Shown in pieces: positions 52,776-61,759 of a stretch of DNA of 64,000 nt. The position numbers and the translations under genes were made by a program. The stretch is taken from NCBI GenBank assembly GCA_035500835.1, contig DATJWW010000034.1, positions 56,984 to 120,983 on the forward strand, written 5' to 3'. The notes under the pieces are model-generated. The model was given only the letters and a program-made list of their open reading frames with translations. It had not been told where the DNA came from and searched no databases. The stretch comes from Solirubrobacterales bacterium. GTDB taxonomy: Bacteria; Actinomycetota; Thermoleophilia; Solirubrobacterales; 70-9. Every line of letters starts with the position of its first letter. The stretch's first letter is position 1.

Positions 52776-54281
52776 TCACGCGGCCATGCTTCCCACCGTC
52801 GCGACAGTGAGCAGGCTCTTCTCGAAGCGGCCACCGCCCGCCCGCGGCAGCGGCCCGCTGTGGAGCACCCATCCGGTCGGGACCTTGTACGAGGCGAGCC
52901 GGTCACGGGCGTATTCGGCGAGCAGCTCCGGCTCGACGTCGCGATCGGGACGGGCGACCACGTGCGCCTCTGTGGCTTCGCCGAGCCGGGCGTCGGGCAC
53001 CGCGACGAGGGCGATCTCGGCGATCGCCTCGTGCTCGCACAGCGTCGCCTCCACCTCGGCGAGACAGACGTCGAGGCCGCCGCAGCTGATCGTCTCGGCG
53101 ATCCGTTCGGAGATGACGAGGTGGCCGTCGGACTCCAGGTGGCCGAGGTCGCCGAGCGCCAGCCAGCGCTCCTCGCCGACCGCCCGACAGGCGACTTCCC
53201 CCGTCTCGCCCGGGGCGAGGGGCTCGCCGTCGGCCGAGATCGCCGCCAGCTCGAAGCCGATCGCGGCGCGACCGACGCGATCGACGTCCGGGGCGGCATC
53301 GGCGGCCTCGAGGACCGCGGCCGTGCCGCCGAGCCCGGCGTGACAGAGCACCTGGACGATCCGGCAGGAGGGCAGGGTCTTCGCCGCGGCCGGCATCACG
53401 TCGCCGACCGGCCCCCGCGCCGCGACGCAGATGGTCCGCAGCCGATCGAGGCCGCCGCCGGCCAGTGACTCCGAGCAGGCCAGGATGCGAAGTTGCGACG
53501 ACGAGAGCAGTGCGTGGGTCGCCCGCGAGAAGACGAGCTCGGCGCGGTAGTCGGCGACGTCGAAGCGCCGTGGCGCGGCCAGGCGGACGACACCCCCGGC
53601 CAGCCAGCAGGCGATGCCGAGATCGTAGGCGTCGGCCGCCCAGCTGCGTCCCGGCGCCGACAGATAGACGCTGTCGGCGGTGATCCCGAACTCGTCGATC
53701 TGCCCGCGCGCGCCGGCCAGCAGCTCCGCCTCGGTCAGGCTCCAGGCGCGCGGCAGCCCCGCCGCATCGAGCGCGAAGCGGAGCAGCAGGGGCCGCCCGG
53801 GGTCGAGCCCGGGGCGAGGCACGGAGCCAGCGTCGGCGGCGAGCAGATCCTCATATGCCTGCACCGGCCGGCCGGCCCGGGTCCAGAGCTCGGCGCCGAC
53901 GGCGACCGGCTGCGGCATCGGCTCGATCCCCACCAGGTCGCGCGCGACCTCCCATCCCGACCAGTCCGCGAACAGCCAACGGGCCTGCGACTCGCGAAGC
54001 TGGAAGTCGACCTCGAGACCCCGCAGGCCGATCTCGATCGGGACGACGACGGCACCGATCTGCGCCGCCGCGAAAAAGATCTCGACGGACTCGACCGAGT
54101 TGCGGCAGAGCACCGCGATCCGGTCGCCCGGCACGGCGCCGGCGCTCAGCAGCCCGGCGGCCAGCCGGCCACTGCGCTCCCCGATCTCCCCGTAGCTCGC
54201 CTCTCGTTCCTCACCGCGCACGGCGGGCGCCGCAGCGTCTCGTGGGGCGTCGAAGACGGTACCGATCGTCGAACCAGTCAC
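52776..54281 (-). CDS. Adenylate-forming-enzyme homolog with degenerate core motifs
   Basis: 501 aa with the overall ANL fold order. The P-loop region reads FALDAAGLPRAW instead of TSGTTGxPKG, and the C-terminal GK is GGGRFEK. Confidence 0.65.
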   Translation of the reverse strand: MTGSTIGTVFDAPRDAAAPAVRGEEREASYGEIGERSGRLAAGLLSAGAVPGDRIAVLCRNSVESVEIFFAAAQIGAVVVPIEIGLRGLEVDFQLRESQARWLFADWSGWEVARDLVGIEPMPQPVAVGAELWTRAGRPVQAYEDLLAADAGSVPRPGLDPGRPLLLRFALDAAGLPRAWSLTEAELLAGARGQIDEFGITADSVYLSAPGRSWAADAYDLGIACWLAGGVVRLAAPRRFDVADYRAELVFSRATHALLSSSQLRILACSESLAGGGLDRLRTICVAARGPVGDVMPAAAKTLPSCRIVQVLCHAGLGGTAAVLEAADAAPDVDRVGRAAIGFELAAISADGEPLAPGETGEVACRAVGEERWLALGDLGHLESDGHLVISERIAETISCGGLDVCLAEVEATLCEHEAIAEIALVAVPDARLGEATEAHVVARPDRDVEPELLAEYARDRLASYKVPTGWVLHSGPLPRAGGGRFEKSLLTVATVGSMAA

Positions 54282-54352
54282 TGTCCCTCCTCTGTCGTCG
54301 TCATCCGATTCGAAAGGACTCTGGCATTTCCCAAATGCGACCCGATCCTTCC

Positions 54353-54370
54353 GTACCGAGCGATCGGTAC
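54353..54370. promoter_or_regulatory. Operator-like palindrome GTACCGA-GCGA-TCGGTAC (class I, perfect half-sites)
   Basis: Lies 72 nt upstream of the start at 54281. Identical to the site at 44738. Confidence 0.5.
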
Positions 54371-54593
54371 GAACATAGGCAATGTGTCCGCGTGTGTCAA
54401 GAAATATTAAAAAGCAGCAACGATGATTGTTATCCTACGGAATTGGGACCATGTTTGGGGCTACCGAAGTCGTGCCTGGTGAAGGTTTACGATGTGCCGA
54501 CGATCGAGCGGGAGCCGATCCTTGGCCTGTCAGAGCGATGGGTAGGTCTGCCGGCGGAGTGCTGTCTCTCGGGATCGATGGAGCGCCCGACAG

Positions 54594-55217
54594 ATGAACA
54601 TGCTTGAGCCAAAACAGGCGCGCAGCCATGCGACGAGACAGCGGCTGCTCGACGCCGCCGTCCAGGTCCTGGTCGAAGAGGGATACGCCGGCATCTCCGC
54701 CTCGACGGTCGCCCGGCGGGCGGGCGTCAGCCGTGGCGCCCATCAGCATCACTTCGCCAATCGGCAGACGCTGGTGATCGAGTCGGTCCGCCACATGTCG
54801 GCGCGCGAGCTGAACGTCCTGCACGAGCGGATCGGGGGCCTGCCCCAGGGCGAGTCACGGGTCGGCGGCGCGCTCGACTTCATCTTCGAGATGTACAGCG
54901 GCACCTTCTTTGCGGCGATCCTCGAGCTCTCCCTCGCGGCGCGCCGCGAGCCCGAGCTGAAAACGACGATCGCCGAGGAGGAGCGCTCGATGTCGCTCAC
55001 CGTGCAGCGGCTCGGGGTCGAAATCCTCGGCGACGACGCGCTCGAGGACCCCGCCCTCGGCCACCGCTGGACCACGGCGATCGCGACGATCCGCGGGCTC
55101 GCGGTGCTGCGCCTGCTGCGGCACTCCCAGGAGACGATCGACCGCCAGTGGCGGCACGCGCGCGGCGAGATCATCGAGAGCCTGATGCGAGAGCACGTCG
55201 ACGCCGCATCAAGCTGA
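54594..55217 (+). CDS. TetR family transcriptional regulator
   Basis: 207 aa. The N-terminal HTH reads RQRLLDAAVQVLVEEGYAGISASTVARRAGVSRGAHQHHF. Confidence 0.8.
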   Translation: MNMLEPKQARSHATRQRLLDAAVQVLVEEGYAGISASTVARRAGVSRGAHQHHFANRQTLVIESVRHMSARELNVLHERIGGLPQGESRVGGALDFIFEMYSGTFFAAILELSLAARREPELKTTIAEEERSMSLTVQRLGVEILGDDALEDPALGHRWTTAIATIRGLAVLRLLRHSQETIDRQWRHARGEIIESLMREHVDAASS

Positions 55218-55777
55218 CCGAGACCGACCGAAAAGAGCAGCTGCTCGACGAGCTGGTCGAGTTGTTCCTGGCCGAGGGGTTCCGGCAGTTCACGCTGGCC
55301 GACCTGGCCCGCCGCCTGCACTGCTCGAAGACGACCCTCTACGGGCTCGGCCACAGCAAGGAAGGCCTGATCCTGAACGCGCTGCGGCACTTCTTCGCCA
55401 GGGCCGGGGAGAGCGTCGACCGTCGCGCCGCCGCCGAGGACGAGGCGGAGGCCCGGATCGTCGCCTACCTGCGGGCCGTCGCCGACGAGCTGCGCCCCGC
55501 CTCCCCCCGCTTCGTCGCCGACCTCGCGACCCATCCCGCCGCCCGCGAGATCTACGAGCGCAACACCCGGATCGCCGCCGAACGCGTCTCGGTGATGATC
55601 GCCGACGGGGTCGAGCGGGGAAGCTTCCGCGCGATCGACGCCTCCTTCGCGGCCGATCTGATCGCGACGACGATGGCGCGGATACAGGGCGGCGAGGTCG
55701 GTCGAGGGACGGGGCTGAGCGACGCCGCGGCCTACGAAGAGCTCGCCGACCTCGTCCTCCACGGCATCGCGACCTGA
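55148..55777 (+). CDS. TetR family transcriptional regulator; start uncertain
   Basis: The HTH is KEQLLDELVELFLAEGFRQFTLADLARRLHCSKTTLYGLG. The only canonical in-frame start (ATG 55148) overlaps the previous gene by 70 nt in a low-GC3 frame. An in-frame CTG lies at 55214. Confidence 0.6.
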   Translation: MAARARRDHREPDARARRRRIKLTETDRKEQLLDELVELFLAEGFRQFTLADLARRLHCSKTTLYGLGHSKEGLILNALRHFFARAGESVDRRAAAEDEAEARIVAYLRAVADELRPASPRFVADLATHPAAREIYERNTRIAAERVSVMIADGVERGSFRAIDASFAADLIATTMARIQGGEVGRGTGLSDAAAYEELADLVLHGIAT

Positions 55778-55799
55778 GCCCGCCGCGGCGGGGCGGCCG

Positions 55800-56951
55800 T
55801 CAGCGGGCGCCGCGGGCGAGGTGCCGGGCGATCACCATGCGCTGGATCTGGTTGGTCCCCTCGAAGATCTGCATCACCTTCGCCTCGCGCATGTGGCGCT
55901 CGACCGGGAACTCCTTGGTGTAGCCGGCGCCGCCCAGGACCTGGACCGCGTCGGTGGTCACCTTCATCGCCGCGTCGGTGGCGGTGAGCTTGGCGATCGA
56001 GGCCTGGCGCGAGAACGGCAGGCCTCGATCGCGGCGGCGGGCCGCCTCGAGGGTCACCGCGCGCGCCGACTCGACCGCCGCCGCCATGTCGGCGAGCAGG
56101 AAGCCGAGGCCCTGGTGCTCGATGATCGGCCTACCGAAGGTCTCGCGTTCCCCGGCGTAGGCGACCGCGGCGTCGAGCGATCCCTGGGCGAGCCCGGTCG
56201 CCACGGCGGCGATCCCGAGCCGGCCGGAGTCGAGCGCCTCGAGGGCGATAGAGAGGCCCGCGCCCTCGCCGCCGATGAGTCGCTCGGCGGCGACCTCGAC
56301 GCCGTCGTAGTCGAGCGTCGCGGTGGTCGAGCCGGTGAGGCCCATCTTGCGCTCCGGCGCCTGGACCGAGAGTCCGGGCGCATCGCCGGGGACGAGGAAG
56401 CAGGAGATCCCCCGCGAGCGGTCCTCGGAGGTGCGGGCGAAGAGCGTGTAGAAGTCGGCCTCTCCCCCGTGCGTCACCCAGGCCTTCGAGCCGGTGACGG
56501 TATAGGTGTCGCCGTCGCGGACGGCCCGGGTCCGCATCGCCGCCGGATCGGAGCCGGCGTCGACCTCGGAGAGGCAGTAGCCGCCGAGCAGATCCCCGGC
56601 CAGCATCTCCTCGAGCCGGCCGTCGCGCTGCTCGTCGGTCCCCCGGACGGCCGGCGCGTAGCAGGACATCACGTGGACGCTGACGCCGACCGCGACGCTG
56701 GCCCAGACGGTGGCGATCTCCTCGAGCGCCTGCAGATAGACCTCGTAGGGCTGGCCGGCCCCGCCGAGTGCCTCCGGGTAGGGCATGCCGAGGAAGCCGA
56801 GCCCACCGAGGGTGCGGAAGACGTCGCGCGGGAAGGCCGCCTCTTCCTCGGCGGTGGCGACCCGCGGCGCCAGCTCCTCACGGGCCACGGTGCGGGCCAG
56901 GCCGACGATCTCCTCGGCCTCGGCCGAGGGGAGGTTGCGTTCGGCGGGCAC
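55800..56951 (-). CDS. Acyl-CoA dehydrogenase
   Basis: 383 aa with typical ACAD domains (CLSEVDAGSD, IFEGTNQIQRMVIARHL). Confidence 0.9.
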   Translation of the reverse strand: MPAERNLPSAEAEEIVGLARTVAREELAPRVATAEEEAAFPRDVFRTLGGLGFLGMPYPEALGGAGQPYEVYLQALEEIATVWASVAVGVSVHVMSCYAPAVRGTDEQRDGRLEEMLAGDLLGGYCLSEVDAGSDPAAMRTRAVRDGDTYTVTGSKAWVTHGGEADFYTLFARTSEDRSRGISCFLVPGDAPGLSVQAPERKMGLTGSTTATLDYDGVEVAAERLIGGEGAGLSIALEALDSGRLGIAAVATGLAQGSLDAAVAYAGERETFGRPIIEHQGLGFLLADMAAAVESARAVTLEAARRRDRGLPFSRQASIAKLTATDAAMKVTTDAVQVLGGAGYTKEFPVERHMREAKVMQIFEGTNQIQRMVIARHLARGAR

Positions 56952-57065
56952 GGGCGGAGGATACCAGCGGCGGTGCTGTGGTACCGCCTGGAGATCCCGC
57001 CGTCAGATGGGCTCGTCGTGGAGATAATCATTCAGCGGGCATGCTTTTTTTGTTAGGCTCGACCG

Positions 57066-57524
57066 ATGGGAAGCGGGGCAACCGAGGGGCGTGAGCTCGA
57101 GACCGTCAGCTTCCCGATCGAGCGCTCCAAGCTCCGCGAGCTCGCCCGCACCTTCAAAGACGATGATCCGGTCTGGTACGACGAGGGGGCGGCCGCCGCG
57201 GCGGGCTTCGACGCGGTGCCCCTGCCGCCGACCGCCACCGTCCTCGCCGACCACTGGCGCGAGCGGGGGGCGACCTTCCACGTCGAGGCGGCCGGCCTCG
57301 ACCTCTCCCGCGTGCTGCACGGCGAGGTCAGCTGGGAATTCCTGCGGCCGCTGCGGATCGGCGACGAGCTGACCGCCACCTCGACCCTGGTCGGCGACGA
57401 GCGCCGCAGCGGCAAACGCGGCGGCGAGATGCGCCTGGTCACGGTCGAGACCGCCTACGCGACCGCTGCCGGCGAGGTCGTCGCCCGCCGTCGCGACACG
57501 CTGATCGAGACGGCGCCGAGATGA
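57066..57524 (+). CDS. MaoC_dehydrat_N-type hotdog protein (hydratase subunit)
   Basis: 152 aa (SFPIERSKLRELARTFKDDDPVWYDE...). Overlaps the next hotdog gene by 4 nt. Confidence 0.75.
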   Translation: MGSGATEGRELETVSFPIERSKLRELARTFKDDDPVWYDEGAAAAAGFDAVPLPPTATVLADHWRERGATFHVEAAGLDLSRVLHGEVSWEFLRPLRIGDELTATSTLVGDERRSGKRGGEMRLVTVETAYATAAGEVVARRRDTLIETAPR

Positions 57525-57952
57525 GCAGCGCCGGGTCCATGCCGCTGCCGGTCGCCCCGCAGCCGCTGCGCGAGGGCGACGCGATGGAGACGGTCGTCAC
57601 CGAGCCCTTCACCCGCACCGACTTCGTCCGTTACGCCGGGTCCGGCGGTGACTTCCACCCGATCCACCACGACGAGGAGTTCGCCCGCGCCGCCGGGATG
57701 CCGACCGTGTTCGGGATGGGGATGCTGCACGCCGGCATGCTCGGCGTGGCGCTCGCCCACTGGGTCGGCCCCGACAACATCCGCTCCTTCGGCACCCGCT
57801 TCACCGGCCAGGTCTGGCCCGGCGACGTCCTCACCTTCGACGCCCAGGTCGTCGACGTCACCGACGGCCTGGCGACGATCGAGCTCTCGGCCGTCTCGCA
57901 GAAGGACGAACCGGTCCTGAAGGCGACCGCCACCGCCGTCGTCGTCGCCTAA
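57521..57952 (+). CDS. MaoC family (R)-specific enoyl-CoA hydratase subunit
   Basis: 143 aa. RYAGSGGDFHPIHHDEEFARAAG is the MaoC hydratase motif. Confidence 0.85.
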   Translation: MSSAGSMPLPVAPQPLREGDAMETVVTEPFTRTDFVRYAGSGGDFHPIHHDEEFARAAGMPTVFGMGMLHAGMLGVALAHWVGPDNIRSFGTRFTGQVWPGDVLTFDAQVVDVTDGLATIELSAVSQKDEPVLKATATAVVVA

Positions 57953-58049
57953 ACCCGAGCGATCTCAGGCTCACGCCGTCGACCGGCGGGCTCGCGCTGT
58001 GGCTTTTCCGTCCATACGACGGGTTTCCCACAGCGCGCGATGGCGAGGG

Positions 58050-59060
58050 TCAGTCGGCGAGGGTTGCGGCGAGGCGGAGGGACTCGACGACCTCCTCCTC
58101 CGAGGCCCGGAAGGGGACCAGGTGGAGGATCGGGGTCGCGCCGCCGTACTCGAAGCGGGGCAGCTGGGCGCGGCATTCGGCCGGGGTGCCGGCGAGGCAG
58201 AAGCGCTCGACCATCTCGTCGCTGACCAGGGTCTCGGCGGCGTCCATCTCGCGTTCGCGGACGAGAGCCGCGATCCGCTGGACCACCTCGCCGAAGCCCT
58301 CGCTCTCGTAGACGCGCTGGTAGTGGGAATACTGGGCGACGTAGACGAGGCTGCGGCGAGCCTGCCGGCGGGCCGCCTCCGCGTCATGGTCGACGCAGCA
58401 GGTCAGCGAGAAGGAGATGTCGACGTCCGCGGGGTCGCGATCGGCGCGTTCGGCCCCGGCCGCGAGGCGCTCGCGGGTGGCCGCCATGTACTGCTCGGAG
58501 TGCAGGCCGCCGACCACGATCCCGTCGGCGATCTCCCCGGCCAGCTCCTGCATCTTCGGCCCGACCGCGGCGAGGTTGAGCTTCACCTCGACCGGCTCGG
58601 TGACAAAGGGGAGCGTGTATTTGCGGGTGCTCAGCAGCTCGCCTTCGTAGGTGAAGGGGCCGTCGGCGGGCGAGCGCAGGACGCCGCGGACGATCTCGAG
58701 GAACTCGCGGGCGCGGCGCAGCGGCCGCGCGGGGTCGACGCCGAACCAGCGTTCGACGACGAAGGCGGCGCCGAGGCCGAGGCCGAGCGAGAAGCGGCCG
58801 CCGGCGAGCTCCTGGAGCTGGGCCGCCTGCTGGGCGACGATCACCGGGTTGACCGGGAAGATCTGGGCGACCGCGGTGCCGACGCCGATCCGCTCGGTGC
58901 CGAGGGTGATCGCGGTCAGCGGCACGACCGGCTCGCGCCAGGCCTCGCCGAACCAGACCCCCTCGAAGCCGTGCGCCTCGAACTCCTGCGCCAGCTCGAC
59001 CATCGCGGCGATCGGGGTGCGGGAGACGATCAGCGAGGCGGTCAGCGCCCGGCCGCTCAT
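58050..59060 (-). CDS. LLM-class oxidoreductase (paralog B)
   Basis: Start at MSGRALTASLIVSRTPIAAMVELAQEFEAHGFEGVWFGEAW. The C-terminal 20 aa are identical to paralog A. Confidence 0.85.
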   Translation of the reverse strand: MSGRALTASLIVSRTPIAAMVELAQEFEAHGFEGVWFGEAWREPVVPLTAITLGTERIGVGTAVAQIFPVNPVIVAQQAAQLQELAGGRFSLGLGLGAAFVVERWFGVDPARPLRRAREFLEIVRGVLRSPADGPFTYEGELLSTRKYTLPFVTEPVEVKLNLAAVGPKMQELAGEIADGIVVGGLHSEQYMAATRERLAAGAERADRDPADVDISFSLTCCVDHDAEAARRQARRSLVYVAQYSHYQRVYESEGFGEVVQRIAALVREREMDAAETLVSDEMVERFCLAGTPAECRAQLPRFEYGGATPILHLVPFRASEEEVVESLRLAATLAD

Positions 59061-60523
59061 CGCCCGCCTCCGAGCGAGGTCGCGGCGGTGTGGTCCCAGG
59101 CGGTCTCCGGTGAGGCCGCGGCGCGGATCGCCAGCCGGTCCGGCTTGCCGTTGGCCAGCTTCGGCAGCTCGCCGTCGGCCAGGGCGATGTAGCGGGGCGC
59201 CTTCCAGGCCGCCAGCTGCGCCCGGCAGTGGGCGTCGAGCGCGGCGGCGTCGACGGTCGCGCCGGGCCGCAGCGAGACGGTCGCGTGGACCTCTTCGGTG
59301 TAGATCGGGTCGCTGACCCCGACCACGACGCATTCGGCCACCTCGGGATGGGCGATCAGCGTCGCCTCCACCTCCTCGCCGGACACGTTCTCCCCGGCCC
59401 GCTTGATCACGTTCTTGATCCGCCCGTGGAAGTAGACGCCCCCCGCCCCGTCGATGGCGCAGAGATCGCCGGTCCGCACCCAGCCGTCGACCAGCGTCGC
59501 CGCCGTCGCCTCCGGGTTGCGGTAGTAGGCGAGCATCGCGTGCGGATGGCGGTAGCAGAGCTCGCCGAGCTCGCCCGGCGCCACCTCCTCACCGTCGGGC
59601 GCGATCACCTTCACCTCGGCCTCGGGCGGCATCGGCGTGCCGATGTATTTCTCCACGTGGCGCGCGGCGCCGGGCTCGCTGACCGTGCCCATGCCGGAGA
59701 CCTCGGTCATCGCCCAGATCGTCACCACGTCGACCCCGAAGCGCTCGCAGAACTCCTCGGGCCGGATGTGGCTGGCGACCAGCCGCAGCGGGTGGTCGCG
59801 GTCGCGCGGGTCGGGCGGCGAGGTCATCAGGATCGCCAGCTGCGCGGGCATCAGGATCCCGACCGTGGCGCCCGTGGCGCGGACCTGATCCCAGAATTCG
59901 CCGCGGCTGAACTTCGGCACGACCGTGAGGCGCGCGCCGGCCGCGATCGCCGCCGCGGCCAGCATGTGGAACCCGGCGGTATGGAAGAGCGGGATCGTGC
60001 AGAGGTAGTTCTCCTCGGCGCCGGGCCCGAGCCGTTCCGAGACCGCCCGGCCGGCCGAGGGGAAGCCGGCGTGCGGCTGCACGACCCCCTTCGGTTTGCC
60101 GGTGCTGCCCGACGTGTACATGATCGCCATCGGGTCGAGGGGGTCGAGCGCGGGACGCGGCGGCGGCTCGGCCGGGCCGCGGCCGACCTTCGCCGCATCG
60201 TCGATCACCAGCGAGGCCTCGCTGTCCTCGACGACGAAGGCGACCTCGGCCGGGGTCAGGGTGTCGATCATCGGCACCATCACCGCACCCAGCTTCAGCA
60301 GCGCCAGCTCGATCAGCAGCAGGTCGCGGCCGCTGGGCAGGATCAGACCGACCTTGTCGCCGGCCCGCACACCCGCGGCGAGGAGCCCGTTGGCGACCTC
60401 GTTGATCGCCGCGTCGAACTCGGCGTAGGTCTCGGTCGCGCCGGCGAAGACGAGGAACGGCGCGTCGGGGGTCGCCGCGACGCGCTCGTCCCAGAAATCG
60501 CCGACCGTCTGCGCCGCGGCCAC
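59057..60523 (-). CDS. AMP-dependent acyl-CoA synthetase/ligase (paralog B)
   Basis: GTG 60523 (VAAAQTVGDFWDERVAATPDAPF) lies 4 nt after the upstream TAG. Carries YTSGSTGKPKGV and LANGKPDR. Confidence 0.85.
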   Translation of the reverse strand: MAAAQTVGDFWDERVAATPDAPFLVFAGATETYAEFDAAINEVANGLLAAGVRAGDKVGLILPSGRDLLLIELALLKLGAVMVPMIDTLTPAEVAFVVEDSEASLVIDDAAKVGRGPAEPPPRPALDPLDPMAIMYTSGSTGKPKGVVQPHAGFPSAGRAVSERLGPGAEENYLCTIPLFHTAGFHMLAAAAIAAGARLTVVPKFSRGEFWDQVRATGATVGILMPAQLAILMTSPPDPRDRDHPLRLVASHIRPEEFCERFGVDVVTIWAMTEVSGMGTVSEPGAARHVEKYIGTPMPPEAEVKVIAPDGEEVAPGELGELCYRHPHAMLAYYRNPEATAATLVDGWVRTGDLCAIDGAGGVYFHGRIKNVIKRAGENVSGEEVEATLIAHPEVAECVVVGVSDPIYTEEVHATVSLRPGATVDAAALDAHCRAQLAAWKAPRYIALADGELPKLANGKPDRLAIRAAASPETAWDHTAATSLGGGR

Positions 60524-60527
60524 GGAG

Positions 60528-61322
60528 CTAGCTCCCGGTCCAGACCGGCGCCCGCTTCTCGGCGAACGCCTTGGAGCCCTCGATCGCGTCGGCGGAGGCG
60601 AAGACCGGGTCGCAGATCTCTTTCTGGCGCGCCCAGAAGTCGGCGTCGGAGAGCTCCGGCCCCTCGCGCAGGACCTGTTTCGTGGCGGCCACCGCGAGCG
60701 GCCCGTTGGCGGCGATCGCCAGGGCCAAGGCCACCGCCCCGTCGAGCGCGCCACCATCCTCGGTCAGCTCGTCGACGAGGCCGATCGCGTAGGCCCGCTC
60801 GCCGTCGATCAGGTCGCCGGTCAGGGCCAGTTTCATCGCCGCCCCGGGGCCCGCCCGGCGCGGCAGCTGCCGCAGGGCGCCGCCGGCGGCGACCAGCGAG
60901 CGCTTCACCTCGGGCACGCCGAACTTCGCCGAGCGGCCGGCGACGAGGACGTCGCAGGCGAGCGCCAGCTCGAAGCCGCCCGCGACCGCGAAGCCCTCGA
61001 CCGCCGCCAGCAGCGGCTTGCGGGCGGCGCGGGTGACGATGCGACGCAGGCCGCGATCGTCCGCCTCGCCCTCCCAGACGTTCTCGCCGGCGACGAAGGC
61101 CTTCAGGTCCATGCCCGAGCAGAAGCCTTTGCCGGCGCCGGTCACCACACCGGCGCTCAGCTCCGGGTCGGCGTCGAGCTCGTCGAAGGCGTCGGAGAGC
61201 GCCCGGGTCAGCGCCAGATTCAGGGAGTTCCGCGCCTCGGGCCGGTTCAGGGTCATGATCATCACCCCGTCACGGCGCTCGACGCGCACCACCTCGGTCT
61301 CCTCCTGGGTCGCCTCGCTCAT
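60528..61322 (-). CDS. Enoyl-CoA hydratase/isomerase
   Basis: Start at MSEATQEETEVVRVERRDGVMIMTLNRPEARNSL, with VTGAGKGFCSGMDL. Confidence 0.88.
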   Translation of the reverse strand: MSEATQEETEVVRVERRDGVMIMTLNRPEARNSLNLALTRALSDAFDELDADPELSAGVVTGAGKGFCSGMDLKAFVAGENVWEGEADDRGLRRIVTRAARKPLLAAVEGFAVAGGFELALACDVLVAGRSAKFGVPEVKRSLVAAGGALRQLPRRAGPGAAMKLALTGDLIDGERAYAIGLVDELTEDGGALDGAVALALAIAANGPLAVAATKQVLREGPELSDADFWARQKEICDPVFASADAIEGSKAFAEKRAPVWTGS

Positions 61323-61759
61323 CAGCCTTCTCCTCCTCGTTGTCTTTCGATATCGGCCCTGACCAGGCGCCTGACCTCGCCCAGAAGCTCGTCGCGGCGC
61401 GGCGGCTCGAGCTCTGCCCAGGCCGCCTCGACGGTGCGCTCGGCGGCGGCGAGCATCGCCTCGCGCGCCGCGCCCGGATCGGCGGCGGCCTCCGCCTTGC
61501 CGCACTCGACCGCGACCAGCGCCGCGGAGCGGGGCGCGGCCTCGGCCAGGGCGCGCTCCCAACCGCGCGCCGCCGGCAGCAACTCCGCGACCGTCGCGAC
61601 GGCGGGTGCCGAGCCGCGCTCGACCTGGCCGGCGACCGCATCGAGGATGCCGAGGGCGGCGGCGAGGATCGTCCTCCCGTGGGTCGAGCCGACCGCCGGC
61701 AGGACCTGCTCGCGGAGGCTGGCGCGGACGTCGCGGAGGGCGCGCTCGGGCGGGATCAC
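61322..61759 (-). CDS. Hypothetical Ala-rich helical protein coupled to the APH-like kinase
   Basis: About 145 aa from GTG 61759 (GTGA overlap with the kinase stop). Its stop overlaps the hydratase ATG. No family securely recognised. Confidence 0.5.
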   Translation of the reverse strand: MIPPERALRDVRASLREQVLPAVGSTHGRTILAAALGILDAVAGQVERGSAPAVATVAELLPAARGWERALAEAAPRSAALVAVECGKAEAAADPGAAREAMLAAAERTVEAAWAELEPPRRDELLGEVRRLVRADIERQRGGEG

